A stretch of 64,000 nt of DNA, from assembly GCA_026415775.1 (NCBI GenBank), contig JAOAGL010000001.1:270233-334232 (forward strand), in the 5' to 3' direction. The notes under the pieces were generated by a model that did not search any database, was not told where the DNA came from, and was given only the letters and a program-made list of their open reading frames with translations. A program made the translations under genes and the position numbers. This stretch comes from Patescibacteria group bacterium (GTDB taxonomy: Bacteria; Patescibacteriota; Minisyncoccia; UBA6257; JAAZHW01). Shown here piece by piece: positions 48,920 through 58,491 of the stretch. The first letter of the stretch is position 1. Each line of letters opens with the position of its first letter.

Positions 48920-50521
48920 ATGAAAAGATTGATTGAGAAAATTTTGAATTTTGAATCAAAAACAATTAGTGGCGGTGCAATTATAATTGCATTTTTTTAT
49001 TTATTGAATGGTGTAATTGCGTTGTTAAGAAATGGGATTTTGGCTTCGCATTTTGGGGCAAGCAGAATTTTAGATATTTACTGGGCGTCTTTTCGCGTGC
49101 CAGATTTGATTTATGTCATTTTTATTAGTGGTGCTTTATCTGCTGGATTTATTCCTTTTTTTGCCGAAAAATTAAATAAATCAAAAGAGGAGGCATGGCA
49201 ATTAGCAAATAATATTTTAAGTACAATTATTTTGGTTTTATTTATGATGGCGATTTTAGTTTTAATTGTGGCGCCATTTATTGTTCGTTTGATTGTGCCG
49301 GGTTTTGATTTGTCTTCCCAAAAAGAAGTAGCAAAATTTTTAAGAATTATGATGTTCCAACCGATTTTTTTGGGCGTTTCCGCGATTTTTGGAGGAATGC
49401 TGCAAACTTTTCGTCGTTTTTTTGTGACTTCGCTTTCGCCAATTTTTTATAACCTAGGCATTATTATTGGCGCTATTTTTTTAACAAAAATTTTTGGGCC
49501 GATTGGTTTAGCTCTAGGTGTTTTATTGGGGGCCTTTCTTCATTTAGCAATTTTAATTCCCTCACTTAAAAATATTGATTTTCAATTTAAATTTTTACCA
49601 TCTTTCAAATCGGAGAATTTAAGAAATTTAATTAGTATTGCTGGTCCGCGGACATTAAGTTTGATTTCCACGCAAATTAATTTTTTGGTTATTACTATTA
49701 TCGCTTCACATTTAGAAAAGGGGAGTTTGGCGATTTTTAATTTTGCTAATGATTTGCATTCTTTGCCTCAAAATATTTTTGCCATTTCTTTTGCAATTTC
49801 TGCCTTTCCTATTTTGGCTGCTGCGGCATTTGAGAAAGAGCAATTTATCAATTTTTTTGTTAAAACATTAAAAAATATTCTATTTTTTATTTTGCCCGTT
49901 TCGGCTTTTTATTTTCTTTTTCGGCAACAAATCGTTTTTTTAACCTTAAAATATGGAAACTTTGATTTAATGGCGCAAAATGAAACAACTTTAATTTTAG
50001 GCATTTTTTCTTTAAATATTATTTTTTCTGGACTGCTCCCATTATTAATAAGAGTATTTTTTGCTCAGAAAGATGCGTGGCGGCCATTCTTTGCGGGTTT
50101 AGGTGCTAATATTTTAAATATTGGATTAAGCTTGATTTTGGCGTCGCGAATGGGAATTAAAGGCGTTGCTATATCATTTATTGTTAGTAATTTTTTAAAT
50201 TTTCTCTTGTTAATTATTTTTATGAACAAGAGAAAAGTTTTTGAAAGAAGAAGCGCCGCTTTTCTAAATTTTAAAAAATTTATTATAAAAAATTTTATAG
50301 CAACTACCATCACCTTTATTTTATTCTTTATCATCTCTTTTTTTCTTCCTTCCCCTCAAAACAAAATAGACGCTCTTGTTTATTTAATTGGCGGAGGCGT
50401 GGTGTTTATCTCGATTTATTTATTTTTTAGTTATATCTTAATAAAAGAAGAACTTCTAAAATTATTAAGTGAGTATCCTCTAATTAAAAATATTTTTGGA
50501 CATCATGAAAAATATTCGTAA
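48920..50521 (+). CDS. murJ: Lipid II flippase MurJ
   Basis: R...A..FGA...D....SFRVPD, GALSAGFIP, many TM helices. Confidence 0.92.
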   Translation: MKRLIEKILNFESKTISGGAIIIAFFYLLNGVIALLRNGILASHFGASRILDIYWASFRVPDLIYVIFISGALSAGFIPFFAEKLNKSKEEAWQLANNILSTIILVLFMMAILVLIVAPFIVRLIVPGFDLSSQKEVAKFLRIMMFQPIFLGVSAIFGGMLQTFRRFFVTSLSPIFYNLGIIIGAIFLTKIFGPIGLALGVLLGAFLHLAILIPSLKNIDFQFKFLPSFKSENLRNLISIAGPRTLSLISTQINFLVITIIASHLEKGSLAIFNFANDLHSLPQNIFAISFAISAFPILAAAAFEKEQFINFFVKTLKNILFFILPVSAFYFLFRQQIVFLTLKYGNFDLMAQNETTLILGIFSLNIIFSGLLPLLIRVFFAQKDAWRPFFAGLGANILNIGLSLILASRMGIKGVAISFIVSNFLNFLLLIIFMNKRKVFERRSAAFLNFKKFIIKNFIATTITFILFFIISFFLPSPQNKIDALVYLIGGGVVFISIYLFFSYILIKEELLKLLSEYPLIKNIFGHHEKYS

Positions 50522-52325
50522 TTTTGCTATTATTGCCCACATTGATCATGGAAAATCGACTTTGGCCGATCGTTTTTTGGAAATAACTTCAACGGTGGAT
50601 AAAAGAAAGATGAAAGAGCAGTTTTTAGATCAAATGGATTTAGAAAGAGAAAGGGGAATTACAATTAAAATGCAACCTGTTAGAATGACTTACTATTATA
50701 AAGGAGAAAAATACATCTTGAATTTAATTGATACTCCTGGTCATGTTGATTTTACCTATGAGGTTTCAAGAAGTTTGGCGGCGGTTGAAGGCGCAATTTT
50801 ATTGGTTGATGCTACTCAAGGTATTCAAGCTCAAACGATGGGCAATTATCAATTAGCTAAAAAACAAAATTTAACAATTATTCCAGCGATTAATAAAATC
50901 GATTTGCCCAATGCCCAAATTGAAGAGGTTAAGAAAGAGCTGTTAGCATTGATGGGGGTAGGAGAGGAAGAAATTTTTTTAGTATCTGCTAAAACCGGCG
51001 AAGGCGTTGCTGATTTACTTAATGCGGTAATTGAAAAAATTCCCGCTCCAATCACGAATATTACAAATAAAACAAGGGCTTTGGTTTTTGATTCGCTTTA
51101 CGATGATCATAAAGGTGTTATTTCCTATGTCAGAATTGTTGATGGCGTAATTAAGGCGGGCGAATACGGATTTTTAATGGCATCAAAAACGCCATTCAAA
51201 ATTAATGAGGTTGGAATTTTTAGACCTAATTTGGAAGCAGCCGATTGTTTAAGAGAGGGTGAAATTGGGTATATTGTAACTGGTTTAAAAGAACCTCAAA
51301 AAGTTAGGGTGGGCGATACAATTACTCTGATTTCTCCTTCAAAAATTAAACTAAAAAATTTTGATTTTGTTTTTGAGGAGGTTAAGCCATTAACAGGTTA
51401 TCAAGAGCCCGAGCCAATGGTTTTTGCGAGTGTTTACCCAATTTCCAATGACGATATAAATCTTTTAAAGAACGCTATTTTAAAGTTAAAGCTCAATGAT
51501 CCAAGTTTAGTTTACAAAACCGAATTTTTTTCTATTTTGGGACAGGGTTTTTGTTTGGGTTTCTTGGGTTTGCTTCATTTAGAAATAATAAAAGAGAGAT
51601 TGGAAAGAGAATATAAAATTGATGTTATTTTTACAACACCATCTGTTAATTATAAAGTAATTCTTAAAGATAAAAGCGAGATTAATGTTTATCGAGCTTC
51701 GGATATGCCCGATTGCGACCGCATCTTAAAAATTTTAGAACCATGGGTGCGTTTAGAAATTATTACGCCACAGAAATATTTAGGGGCTATAATGGAATTA
51801 AAAGATAGGCATCGGCTAGATTATCTTACGACTCAATATTTAGGTAATCTGCTTATTTTAATTTTTGAAGCGCCGTTAAGTGAGATTATTGTTAATTTTT
51901 ACGATAAATTAAAAAGCGCAACCGAAGGTTATGCTTCTATGAACTATGAATTTTTAGAATATAGAGAAAGCGATTTGGTAAAGTTGGAAATTTTGTTAGC
52001 TGGCGAAAAAGAGGAAAGCTTGGCGCGAATCGTTCATCGTCAATTTGCGGAAGAAGAAGGCAGAAAGATAGTTGCGAAATTAAAAAATGTTTTACCAAGA
52101 CAAAATTTTGTTGTGGCAATTCAAGCAATGATTGAAAATAAAATTATTGCCAGAGAGAACTTACCAGCATTAAAAAAAGATGTTACGGGTTATCTATATG
52201 GCGGCGATCGAACGCGAAAAATGAAGTTGTGGAAAAAACAAAAAGAAGGGAAAAAGCGCTTAAAAGAGAGGGGACGTGTCCATCTTTCTACCAAAACATA
52301 TCTCGATCTTTTAAAATTGGATTAA
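50505..52325 (+). CDS. lepA: Elongation factor 4
   Basis: IRNFAIIAHIDHGKSTLADR, ERERGITIK, GFLGLLH, YGGDRTRK. Confidence 0.97.
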   Translation: MKNIRNFAIIAHIDHGKSTLADRFLEITSTVDKRKMKEQFLDQMDLERERGITIKMQPVRMTYYYKGEKYILNLIDTPGHVDFTYEVSRSLAAVEGAILLVDATQGIQAQTMGNYQLAKKQNLTIIPAINKIDLPNAQIEEVKKELLALMGVGEEEIFLVSAKTGEGVADLLNAVIEKIPAPITNITNKTRALVFDSLYDDHKGVISYVRIVDGVIKAGEYGFLMASKTPFKINEVGIFRPNLEAADCLREGEIGYIVTGLKEPQKVRVGDTITLISPSKIKLKNFDFVFEEVKPLTGYQEPEPMVFASVYPISNDDINLLKNAILKLKLNDPSLVYKTEFFSILGQGFCLGFLGLLHLEIIKERLEREYKIDVIFTTPSVNYKVILKDKSEINVYRASDMPDCDRILKILEPWVRLEIITPQKYLGAIMELKDRHRLDYLTTQYLGNLLILIFEAPLSEIIVNFYDKLKSATEGYASMNYEFLEYRESDLVKLEILLAGEKEESLARIVHRQFAEEEGRKIVAKLKNVLPRQNFVVAIQAMIENKIIARENLPALKKDVTGYLYGGDRTRKMKLWKKQKEGKKRLKERGRVHLSTKTYLDLLKLD

Positions 52326-52364
52326 CTTGAGATTTTATGATTTTCTGTGTAAAATAATAGAACA

Positions 52365-52745
52365 ATGCGGAGAATTTTACATTCCAAATTTTTACTGATT
52401 TTTCTCTTAATTTTAGCCATCATCGTTATTTTTTACTTTTCTCGCCAAATTCTTAGCGAACGAAAATTAAAAATGGAATATGAGGCAATTTTAAATAAGA
52501 TAGAAGCTTTAAAAAAAGAGAACGAGACTTTGGAAAACGAAATAGAACGATTAAAAAATCAAGAAGAATTAGAACGTTTAGCGCGGGAGCTTTATGTTTT
52601 AAAAAAATCGGGGGAAAAAGTAATGGTGGTGCCTCAAGAAATAATGCAACAGTTAGAAGAACAAAGTTCGACTGTTCAAGTGCCAAAGTCATTTTGGGAG
52701 GAAATAATAGATAATATCAAAGGATTTTTTAAAGATTTATTTTGA
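52365..52745 (+). CDS. Septum formation initiator (FtsB/DivIC-like)
   Basis: TM helix, coiled coil, ERLARE....K.GE. Confidence 0.8.
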   Translation: MRRILHSKFLLIFLLILAIIVIFYFSRQILSERKLKMEYEAILNKIEALKKENETLENEIERLKNQEELERLARELYVLKKSGEKVMVVPQEIMQQLEEQSSTVQVPKSFWEEIIDNIKGFFKDLF

Positions 52746-52746
52746 T

Positions 52747-52818
52747 GCGGGTGTGGTGTAGCGGCAACACGTCTGCTTCCCAAGCAGAAGATCGGCGGTT
52801 CAAATCCGCTCACCCGCT
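52747..52818 (+). tRNA. tRNA-Gly (CCC)
   Basis: GCGGGTG/CACCCGC acceptor stem, TCTGC-TTCCCAA-GCAGA anticodon arm, TTCAAAT T-loop. Confidence 0.95.
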
Positions 52819-52847
52819 CAGATTAGCTCTTTGATATTCAAATTTTT

Positions 52848-52919
52848 GCCGAGGTAGCTCAATGGCAGAGCAATCGCTTCGTAAGCGATGGGTTGGAGGT
52901 TCGAATCCTCTCCTCGGCT
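52848..52919 (+). tRNA. tRNA-Thr (CGT)
   Basis: GCCGAGG/CCTCGGC acceptor stem, ATCGC-TTCGTAA-GCGAT, TTCGAAT. Confidence 0.95.
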
Positions 52920-52957
52920 CATTCGATTTTGGTTAATAGTTAATAATAGAAAAATCA

Positions 52958-54076
52958 ATGAAGCAAATCCAGACTCAAATAGAAAATTTAAAAGAAAAAA
53001 TTGAAAATATAAAAGAGAAAATTTCTTTTTCGGAAAAAATAAAAAAAGCAAAGGAATTAGAAGAAGAAAGCAAACGTCCAGATTTTTGGGGATTTCCTGA
53101 TAAAGCCGCTCAAATCATGAAGCAATTAAATGAATTAACGGAAGAAATAAATTTTTGGTTGAATGCCGAGAAAGAAACAAATGATTTAGCAGAATTATTG
53201 AAAAAAGCCGATAATGATGATGAATTAATTTTAGAAGTCCAAAATCAATTGAATAATATTGAACATAAAATAAAAGAGAAAGAATTAACCATTTTTTTAT
53301 CAGGGCCTTATGACAGAAATGAGGCGATTATGATTATTACGGCTGGTCAAGGAGGAAGAGATGCTGAAGATTTTTGTCGGATGCTTTTAAAAATGTATTG
53401 TCGTTATTTTGAAAAGAAGAATTGGCCTTATCAAATTATTCATCAACACTTTTCTGAAGAGGGTGGTGGCTCAAAAGAAGCGGGCGGTGAAATTGGATTA
53501 AAAAATGTTTCTATAGAAATTAACACCCCTTATGCCTATGGATTTTTAAAAAACGAAAGCGGCGTGCACCGTCTTGTTAGAGTTTCACCTTTTGATGCCA
53601 AGAAGTTAAGGCACACCTCATTTGCCCTAGTTGAAGTTTTGCCTCAAATTGAAGATTTTGATTTAAAAGATGTTGAAATTAATGAAGCAGATTTAAAATT
53701 CGATTTTTTCCGTTCTTCAGGTCCCGGCGGCCAGAATGTGAACAAAAGAGAAACGGCTGTGAGGGTGGTGCATTTACCTACAGGCCTGTCTGCTTCATGT
53801 CAAACCGAACGCTTTCAGGCTCAAAACCGTGAAAAAGCGCTTCATTTATTAAAAATCAAACTATTTAATCTTTTACAGCAACAAAAAAATAAAGAAAGAA
53901 ATGTTTTAAAACAAAAAGTTGAACCTTCATGGGGTAATCAAATTAGAAATTATGTTCTCCACCCTTACAAATTAGTCAAAGATTTGCGCACAGACATTGA
54001 AACTAATCAAATTTATGAAGTTTTGGATGGGGATTTGGATTCTTTTATTCAAGCAGAGATTCTGCTAAATAGATAA
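52958..54076 (+). CDS. prfB: Peptide chain release factor 2
   Basis: GVHRLVRVSPF, RHTSFA, GPGGQNVNK, WGNQIRNYV; single uninterrupted ORF. Confidence 0.96.
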   Translation: MKQIQTQIENLKEKIENIKEKISFSEKIKKAKELEEESKRPDFWGFPDKAAQIMKQLNELTEEINFWLNAEKETNDLAELLKKADNDDELILEVQNQLNNIEHKIKEKELTIFLSGPYDRNEAIMIITAGQGGRDAEDFCRMLLKMYCRYFEKKNWPYQIIHQHFSEEGGGSKEAGGEIGLKNVSIEINTPYAYGFLKNESGVHRLVRVSPFDAKKLRHTSFALVEVLPQIEDFDLKDVEINEADLKFDFFRSSGPGGQNVNKRETAVRVVHLPTGLSASCQTERFQAQNREKALHLLKIKLFNLLQQQKNKERNVLKQKVEPSWGNQIRNYVLHPYKLVKDLRTDIETNQIYEVLDGDLDSFIQAEILLNR

Positions 54077-54116
54077 TTGTTTGCAAAAACAAATCATTGA
54101 TGTTAAAATAATTAAT

Positions 54117-54809
54117 ATGAATGAGGAATTGATATATTTTCAAAATGTTTCAAAAGTTTACAATAGCCATACGGTTGCGTTGGATAATATTAATTTAAAA
54201 ATAATGAAAGGCGAATTTGTTGCTATTGTGGGCAAGTCTGGTGCTGGGAAATCAACTCTGCTTAAATTATTAATAGGCGAAGAAAAACCTACCAAAGGAA
54301 GAATATTTTTTGAAAAAATTGATATTACCAAATTAAAATATAAAGAATTCCCAAAGATTAGAAGGCAAATCGGAATGATTTTTCAAGACTTTAAATTATT
54401 GCCCGACAAAACTGCTTTTGAAAATGTAGCTTTTGCTTTGGAGGCAGCTGGTTTTTCGCCGCACGATATAAAGAAAACCGTTCCGCAAATGTTGGAACTC
54501 GTTGGATTAAGAGATAAAGTTTTTAATTTTCCTCATGAATTGTCAGGCGGAGAAAAACAGCGAGTTGCAATTGCCAGAGCAATGATTAACAAACCAGATT
54601 TATTAATAGCCGACGAACCAACAGGTAATTTAGATCCGATTAATACTGCTGAGATTATTAAACTTTTATTAAGAATTAATGAATTGGGTACAACTGTAAT
54701 GCTTGCTACCCACAATAAAAATGTGGTAGATATGCTTAATACACGAGTTGTTTCTTTAGATAATGGGCGAATTATCCGCGATGAAGAAGAAGGTCAATTT
54801 ATAATTTAA
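54117..54809 (+). CDS. ftsE: Cell division ABC ATPase FtsE
   Basis: GKSGAGKST, FQDFKLL, LSGGEKQR, ADEPTGNLD; adjacent to ftsX; likely start is ATG 54117. Confidence 0.93.
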   Translation: MNEELIYFQNVSKVYNSHTVALDNINLKIMKGEFVAIVGKSGAGKSTLLKLLIGEEKPTKGRIFFEKIDITKLKYKEFPKIRRQIGMIFQDFKLLPDKTAFENVAFALEAAGFSPHDIKKTVPQMLELVGLRDKVFNFPHELSGGEKQRVAIARAMINKPDLLIADEPTGNLDPINTAEIIKLLLRINELGTTVMLATHNKNVVDMLNTRVVSLDNGRIIRDEEEGQFII

Positions 54810-54814
54810 AAATT

Positions 54815-55723
54815 ATGTTTATTTTTCTCGCAAGAATTATAAAATACGGTTTTCAAAATTTTACGCGAAATGGATTACTTTCAAGCGCTACAATTGCAGT
54901 AATGACTTTAACATTACTTCTTTGTGCGGGTTTAATTATTTTTGGCAATGCTGGGAAAACCGTTTTAAATAATTTACAAAGTAAAATTGATATTAGTATT
55001 TATTTCAAGACCAATGTAAGCGAAAATCAAATTTTAGCAATTAAGAAAAATATAGAATTATTAGATGAAGTGGCTTCGGTAGATTATATTTCTCAGGACG
55101 ATGCTTTAAATGCTTTTAGAGAGAGACACAAAAATGATGAGGTTATTTTACAGTCATTGGAAGAGTTGGGATATAATCCACTTTCAGCTTCATTAAATAT
55201 TAAAGCGAAAAATCCTAGAAATTACGCTGGCATTGCTAATTATTTAGAAAAAGAGATTCCTTCGGAATTTATTGACAAAATTAATTATAGCCAGAATCAG
55301 GTTATTATTGATCGCTTAACGAGAATAATTGATACTTTGAGAACTGCTGGTATTATTTTGGCTATTGTTTTGGGTTTTGTAGCAGCATTGGTTACTTTCA
55401 ATACTATTCGTTTGGCTATTTATTCCAATCGCGAATCAATTGGCATTATGCGTTTGGTAGGAGCAGCAAGTTCTTTAATAAGAGGCCCTTATATTTTCCA
55501 GGGTCTTATCATTAGTTTAGCTTCAACAATTTTATCAATGCTTGTTTTAATTCCAGTTTGTTATGTACTAGCACCATATCTTCAAAATTTTATTCCAGAA
55601 TTTAACATTATTCATTTTTATTGGGGTAATTGGTTTAATCTTTTTGGCACATTATTCTTAATAGGTTTAATTCTTGGTATTCTTTCAAGTATTATTGCCA
55701 TTCGTAAATATTTAAGAGTATAA
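54815..55723 (+). CDS. ftsX: Cell division permease FtsX
   Basis: RN...S.A, NPL, NTIRLAI..RE.I.IMRLVGA....IRGP. Confidence 0.94.
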   Translation: MFIFLARIIKYGFQNFTRNGLLSSATIAVMTLTLLLCAGLIIFGNAGKTVLNNLQSKIDISIYFKTNVSENQILAIKKNIELLDEVASVDYISQDDALNAFRERHKNDEVILQSLEELGYNPLSASLNIKAKNPRNYAGIANYLEKEIPSEFIDKINYSQNQVIIDRLTRIIDTLRTAGIILAIVLGFVAALVTFNTIRLAIYSNRESIGIMRLVGAASSLIRGPYIFQGLIISLASTILSMLVLIPVCYVLAPYLQNFIPEFNIIHFYWGNWFNLFGTLFLIGLILGILSSIIAIRKYLRV

Positions 55724-55762
55724 TTGAATTTATTAATAAATTAAGTAAAATAAAAAGCGTTT

Positions 55763-55833
55763 TGCGGGGTCGTCTAATGGTAGGACGTCGCGCTCTGGAC
55801 GCGATAATCTTGGTTCGAATCCAAGCCCCGCAG
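55763..55833 (+). tRNA. tRNA-Gln (CTG)
   Basis: TGCGGGG/CCCCGCA acceptor stem, TCGCG-CTCTGGA-CGCGA, CTTGG-TTCGAAT-CCAAG. Confidence 0.95.
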
Positions 55834-55937
55834 CTATTTTTTTATTTATTTCTTATTTCAGATTTTTTATTTCAGACAAACTTTATTAAATATAAAAGAC
55901 TACATTTATTTTTCAAAAAAGATATAATATATCCATC

Positions 55938-56645
55938 ATGCATAATGCATCTATCATCCTCCTTTTTTTAATTACAAAAATTTTCCAATGGGTTAATAGT
56001 TTTGTATTGGCTTATCTTTTTAGTGTTGATAAAAGCTCAGTTATATTATTGTCTATAGTTGCAGTTATTTTTCTAATGTTTGTTATTATTTTTTTGGTAA
56101 AGAAATTTTTCTCAAAAAATTTAAAGAAAGCATGGATGATAATAATTGCTTTTATGGTAATAGGTGGATTAATTAACAAGTGGGTAGCGATTGTGGGTTT
56201 GCTTAGTATTTGGCTTTATGCTCTTATAGGATTAGAGGCAGAAGTATTTCATTCGTTATCTAATTATAAAAACATTCCTCGATCAATATCTTTTCTATTT
56301 TCTTTGGTTCCAATAGCGCTTTTTTATTTATTGCCGCAACAATTTCGTTTATTGCCAGAGGAAAAAAATTTAGCGCCCCAGCTTTTTTATATTATTACTA
56401 CTGTTCTTGCTTTAATTTATTCTTATTTTAAAAAATTTATTGTTAAACAAAATGATACATCTCAACAGAAAGCTCCTTTTATTTGGTTTGGTTTATTCTT
56501 TTTATTTGCCTCATGTCTTTTATATTATGTTGGATTTTATAAAACAGATGGAGACTCTTTGGTGCTTAGTTTTGTTATTCTTTTTTATATAGGCGGAGCA
56601 ACGATGACGTATGCGGGTATTAACAGATACTTACGGAATAATTGA
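55938..56645 (+). CDS. Hypothetical polytopic membrane protein
   Basis: 235-aa ORF with ~7-8 hydrophobic segments; no family recognised. Confidence 0.7.
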   Translation: MHNASIILLFLITKIFQWVNSFVLAYLFSVDKSSVILLSIVAVIFLMFVIIFLVKKFFSKNLKKAWMIIIAFMVIGGLINKWVAIVGLLSIWLYALIGLEAEVFHSLSNYKNIPRSISFLFSLVPIALFYLLPQQFRLLPEEKNLAPQLFYIITTVLALIYSYFKKFIVKQNDTSQQKAPFIWFGLFFLFASCLLYYVGFYKTDGDSLVLSFVILFYIGGATMTYAGINRYLRNN

Positions 56646-56708
56646 CAAACCGCATAAATACAATTATATTAAAAACAGCTTTTAAAATTCAAATAAAGGA
56701 GGAGAATA

Positions 56709-56948
56709 ATGAATTTTAAAAGAGTAAAAAAATATTTTTTAGAGATTATTTTTAGAATCTTTATGGTTTGTTTACCCATTGTTATTTTGGGGTTTATTCG
56801 ATTGGGTGTCCCGTGTTTTTTTTACCAAAATAAAAAATGGTTGATGGCAGCGGCAATAATTATTCAATTCTTCTGGTTGATTGCTTATTCAGCTGTTGTG
56901 ATGGCTTCGCTTGCCGAACAAAGAGAACAAAAATTAAAAGAAAAATAA
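56709..56948 (+). CDS. Small two-TM hypothetical protein
   Basis: TTGACA-N17-TATATT promoter (56642-56670), AAAGGAGG SD, two hydrophobic helices, downstream terminator. Confidence 0.7.
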   Translation: MNFKRVKKYFLEIIFRIFMVCLPIVILGFIRLGVPCFFYQNKKWLMAAAIIIQFFWLIAYSAVVMASLAEQREQKLKEK

Positions 56949-56957
56949 TTTTTATAG

Positions 56958-56985
56958 AATAGGGCTTTCAAAAAGCCCTATTTTT
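56958..56985 (+). terminator. Rho-independent terminator
   Basis: AATAGGGCTTT-CAA-AAAGCCCTATT followed by a T-run. Confidence 0.75.
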
Positions 56986-57002
56986 GTTATAATAAAACTT
57001 AT

Positions 57003-57566
57003 ATGTGGTTAACGCTTTTAATTTTATTTGTTCTGGCAATTTTTTTAGGAGAAGAGTTGATGCTTTTTGTTGGGGCGATGATACATATCGGGCTTTTGCC
57101 TTTGTGGCAAACTTTTTTTGTGATGATGTTGGCGGTTTATTTTGGCGACTTTTTGTTTTTTTATTTGGGATATCATTACGGCGATGGGTTAATTGAAAAA
57201 CTAATTAATAAAAAATTAATTAAACAAGCAAAAGCGGAAAGAATAAGAGGAATTTTTCATCGGGGTGGTACTTGGATTTTGTTTGTTTCAAAATTTGCTT
57301 ATGGTCTAAATCATTTAACACAGTTAGTAGCGGGAGCAATGAAATTTGATGTTAAAAAATATATAAAAAATCAACTTGTTGTTTCTTTAGGCTGGGTAAT
57401 TTTCTATTTATTTATTGGTTATACATTTTCCGCTGTTTTATCAGATATTTTCTTTGATATTCGAGCGTTAAGTATAGCCTTATTATTAATTTTTGCTTTG
57501 ATTTTTGCCTTGGGTTGGATTATTGATTTTATTATTACCCGCATTTTTCCTAGAGAAAATCAATAA
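57003..57566 (+). CDS. DedA family membrane protein
   Basis: E...L..G, GD...F.LG..YG, ..KF..G......AG pattern. Confidence 0.85.
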   Translation: MWLTLLILFVLAIFLGEELMLFVGAMIHIGLLPLWQTFFVMMLAVYFGDFLFFYLGYHYGDGLIEKLINKKLIKQAKAERIRGIFHRGGTWILFVSKFAYGLNHLTQLVAGAMKFDVKKYIKNQLVVSLGWVIFYLFIGYTFSAVLSDIFFDIRALSIALLLIFALIFALGWIIDFIITRIFPRENQ

Positions 57567-57626
57567 TTGCTTACCTTTATTTTTTTATTTATACTAATTA
57601 ATAGTCGGCTAAAATTAAATTTTTTT

Positions 57627-58388
57627 ATGAAGGATTATTTGCAAAAAATTACAACCAATGGCAAGGCGATTTATTTGGCTTATGATCATGGTTTTGAGCA
57701 TGGGCCAGAAGATTTGCCGGGACAATCTTTGGATCCGCAATATATTTTGGATATTGCTGTTGAGGGCGGTTATAATGCTATTATTTTTCAAAAAGGATTA
57801 GCGGAAAAATATTATAGCGGAACAATTTACGAAAAGAAAATTCCTTTAATTTTAAAAATTAATGGTAAAGCAAATATTTGGAAAGGAGGCGATATTTATT
57901 CTTATCAAAATTGTTCAGTTAAATATGCCAAAGAATTAGGAGCGAGTGCTGTTGGTTATACCATTTATTTAGGGTCAGAACACGATGGAAAAATGTTTGC
58001 CGATTTTGGCAGAATTGTTGAAGAAGCTCATCAATTAAAAATGGCAGCTATCGCTTGGGTATATCCTCGTGGTGAATTTGTCAAAGATGATTCATCAAAA
58101 GAAATAACTGCTTATGCTGCGCGAATTGGTTTAGAATTGGGGGCAGATATGGTCAAAATAAAATACTCGGGTTCTAAAGAAAATTTTGAATGGGCGGTCA
58201 GGGCGGCAGGTAAAACGAAAGTAGTTTTATCTGGAGGCCCCAAGGTAGATGAAGAAGAATTTTTGAAGATTTTGAAAGATGTAATGGCAGCTGGGGCGGC
58301 TGGTGTGGCAGTTGGAAGAAATGTTTGGTTGTCAGCCGAGCCCCTACGGATAACCGAAAAGATTAAACAAATCGTATTCGGCGCTTAA
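57627..58388 (+). CDS. Class I fructose-bisphosphate aldolase (DhnA/archaeal type)
   Basis: LAYDHGFEHGP, LGA.AVGYTIY.GS, YPRG, ELGADMVKIKY, GGPK, AVGRNVW; likely start is ATG 57627. Confidence 0.92.
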   Translation: MKDYLQKITTNGKAIYLAYDHGFEHGPEDLPGQSLDPQYILDIAVEGGYNAIIFQKGLAEKYYSGTIYEKKIPLILKINGKANIWKGGDIYSYQNCSVKYAKELGASAVGYTIYLGSEHDGKMFADFGRIVEEAHQLKMAAIAWVYPRGEFVKDDSSKEITAYAARIGLELGADMVKIKYSGSKENFEWAVRAAGKTKVVLSGGPKVDEEEFLKILKDVMAAGAAGVAVGRNVWLSAEPLRITEKIKQIVFGA

Positions 58389-58491
58389 TTATTCACATTT
58401 TAAAACTTGACTTTATTAAAAATTAGAATAAAATTTTTATAAATCTTTAAAGGTCATTTTTATTCAAGTCGATTAAATTTTAATTAAAAAA

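Noticed and set aside
52818-55971. ORFs 52818-53051 (-) and 55762-55971 (+)
   Set aside because: They overlap tRNA-Thr and tRNA-Gln respectively and are spurious translations.
52747-56985. Integrated element at the tRNA genes
   Set aside because: No integrase and no duplicated tRNA 3' end were found in the window.
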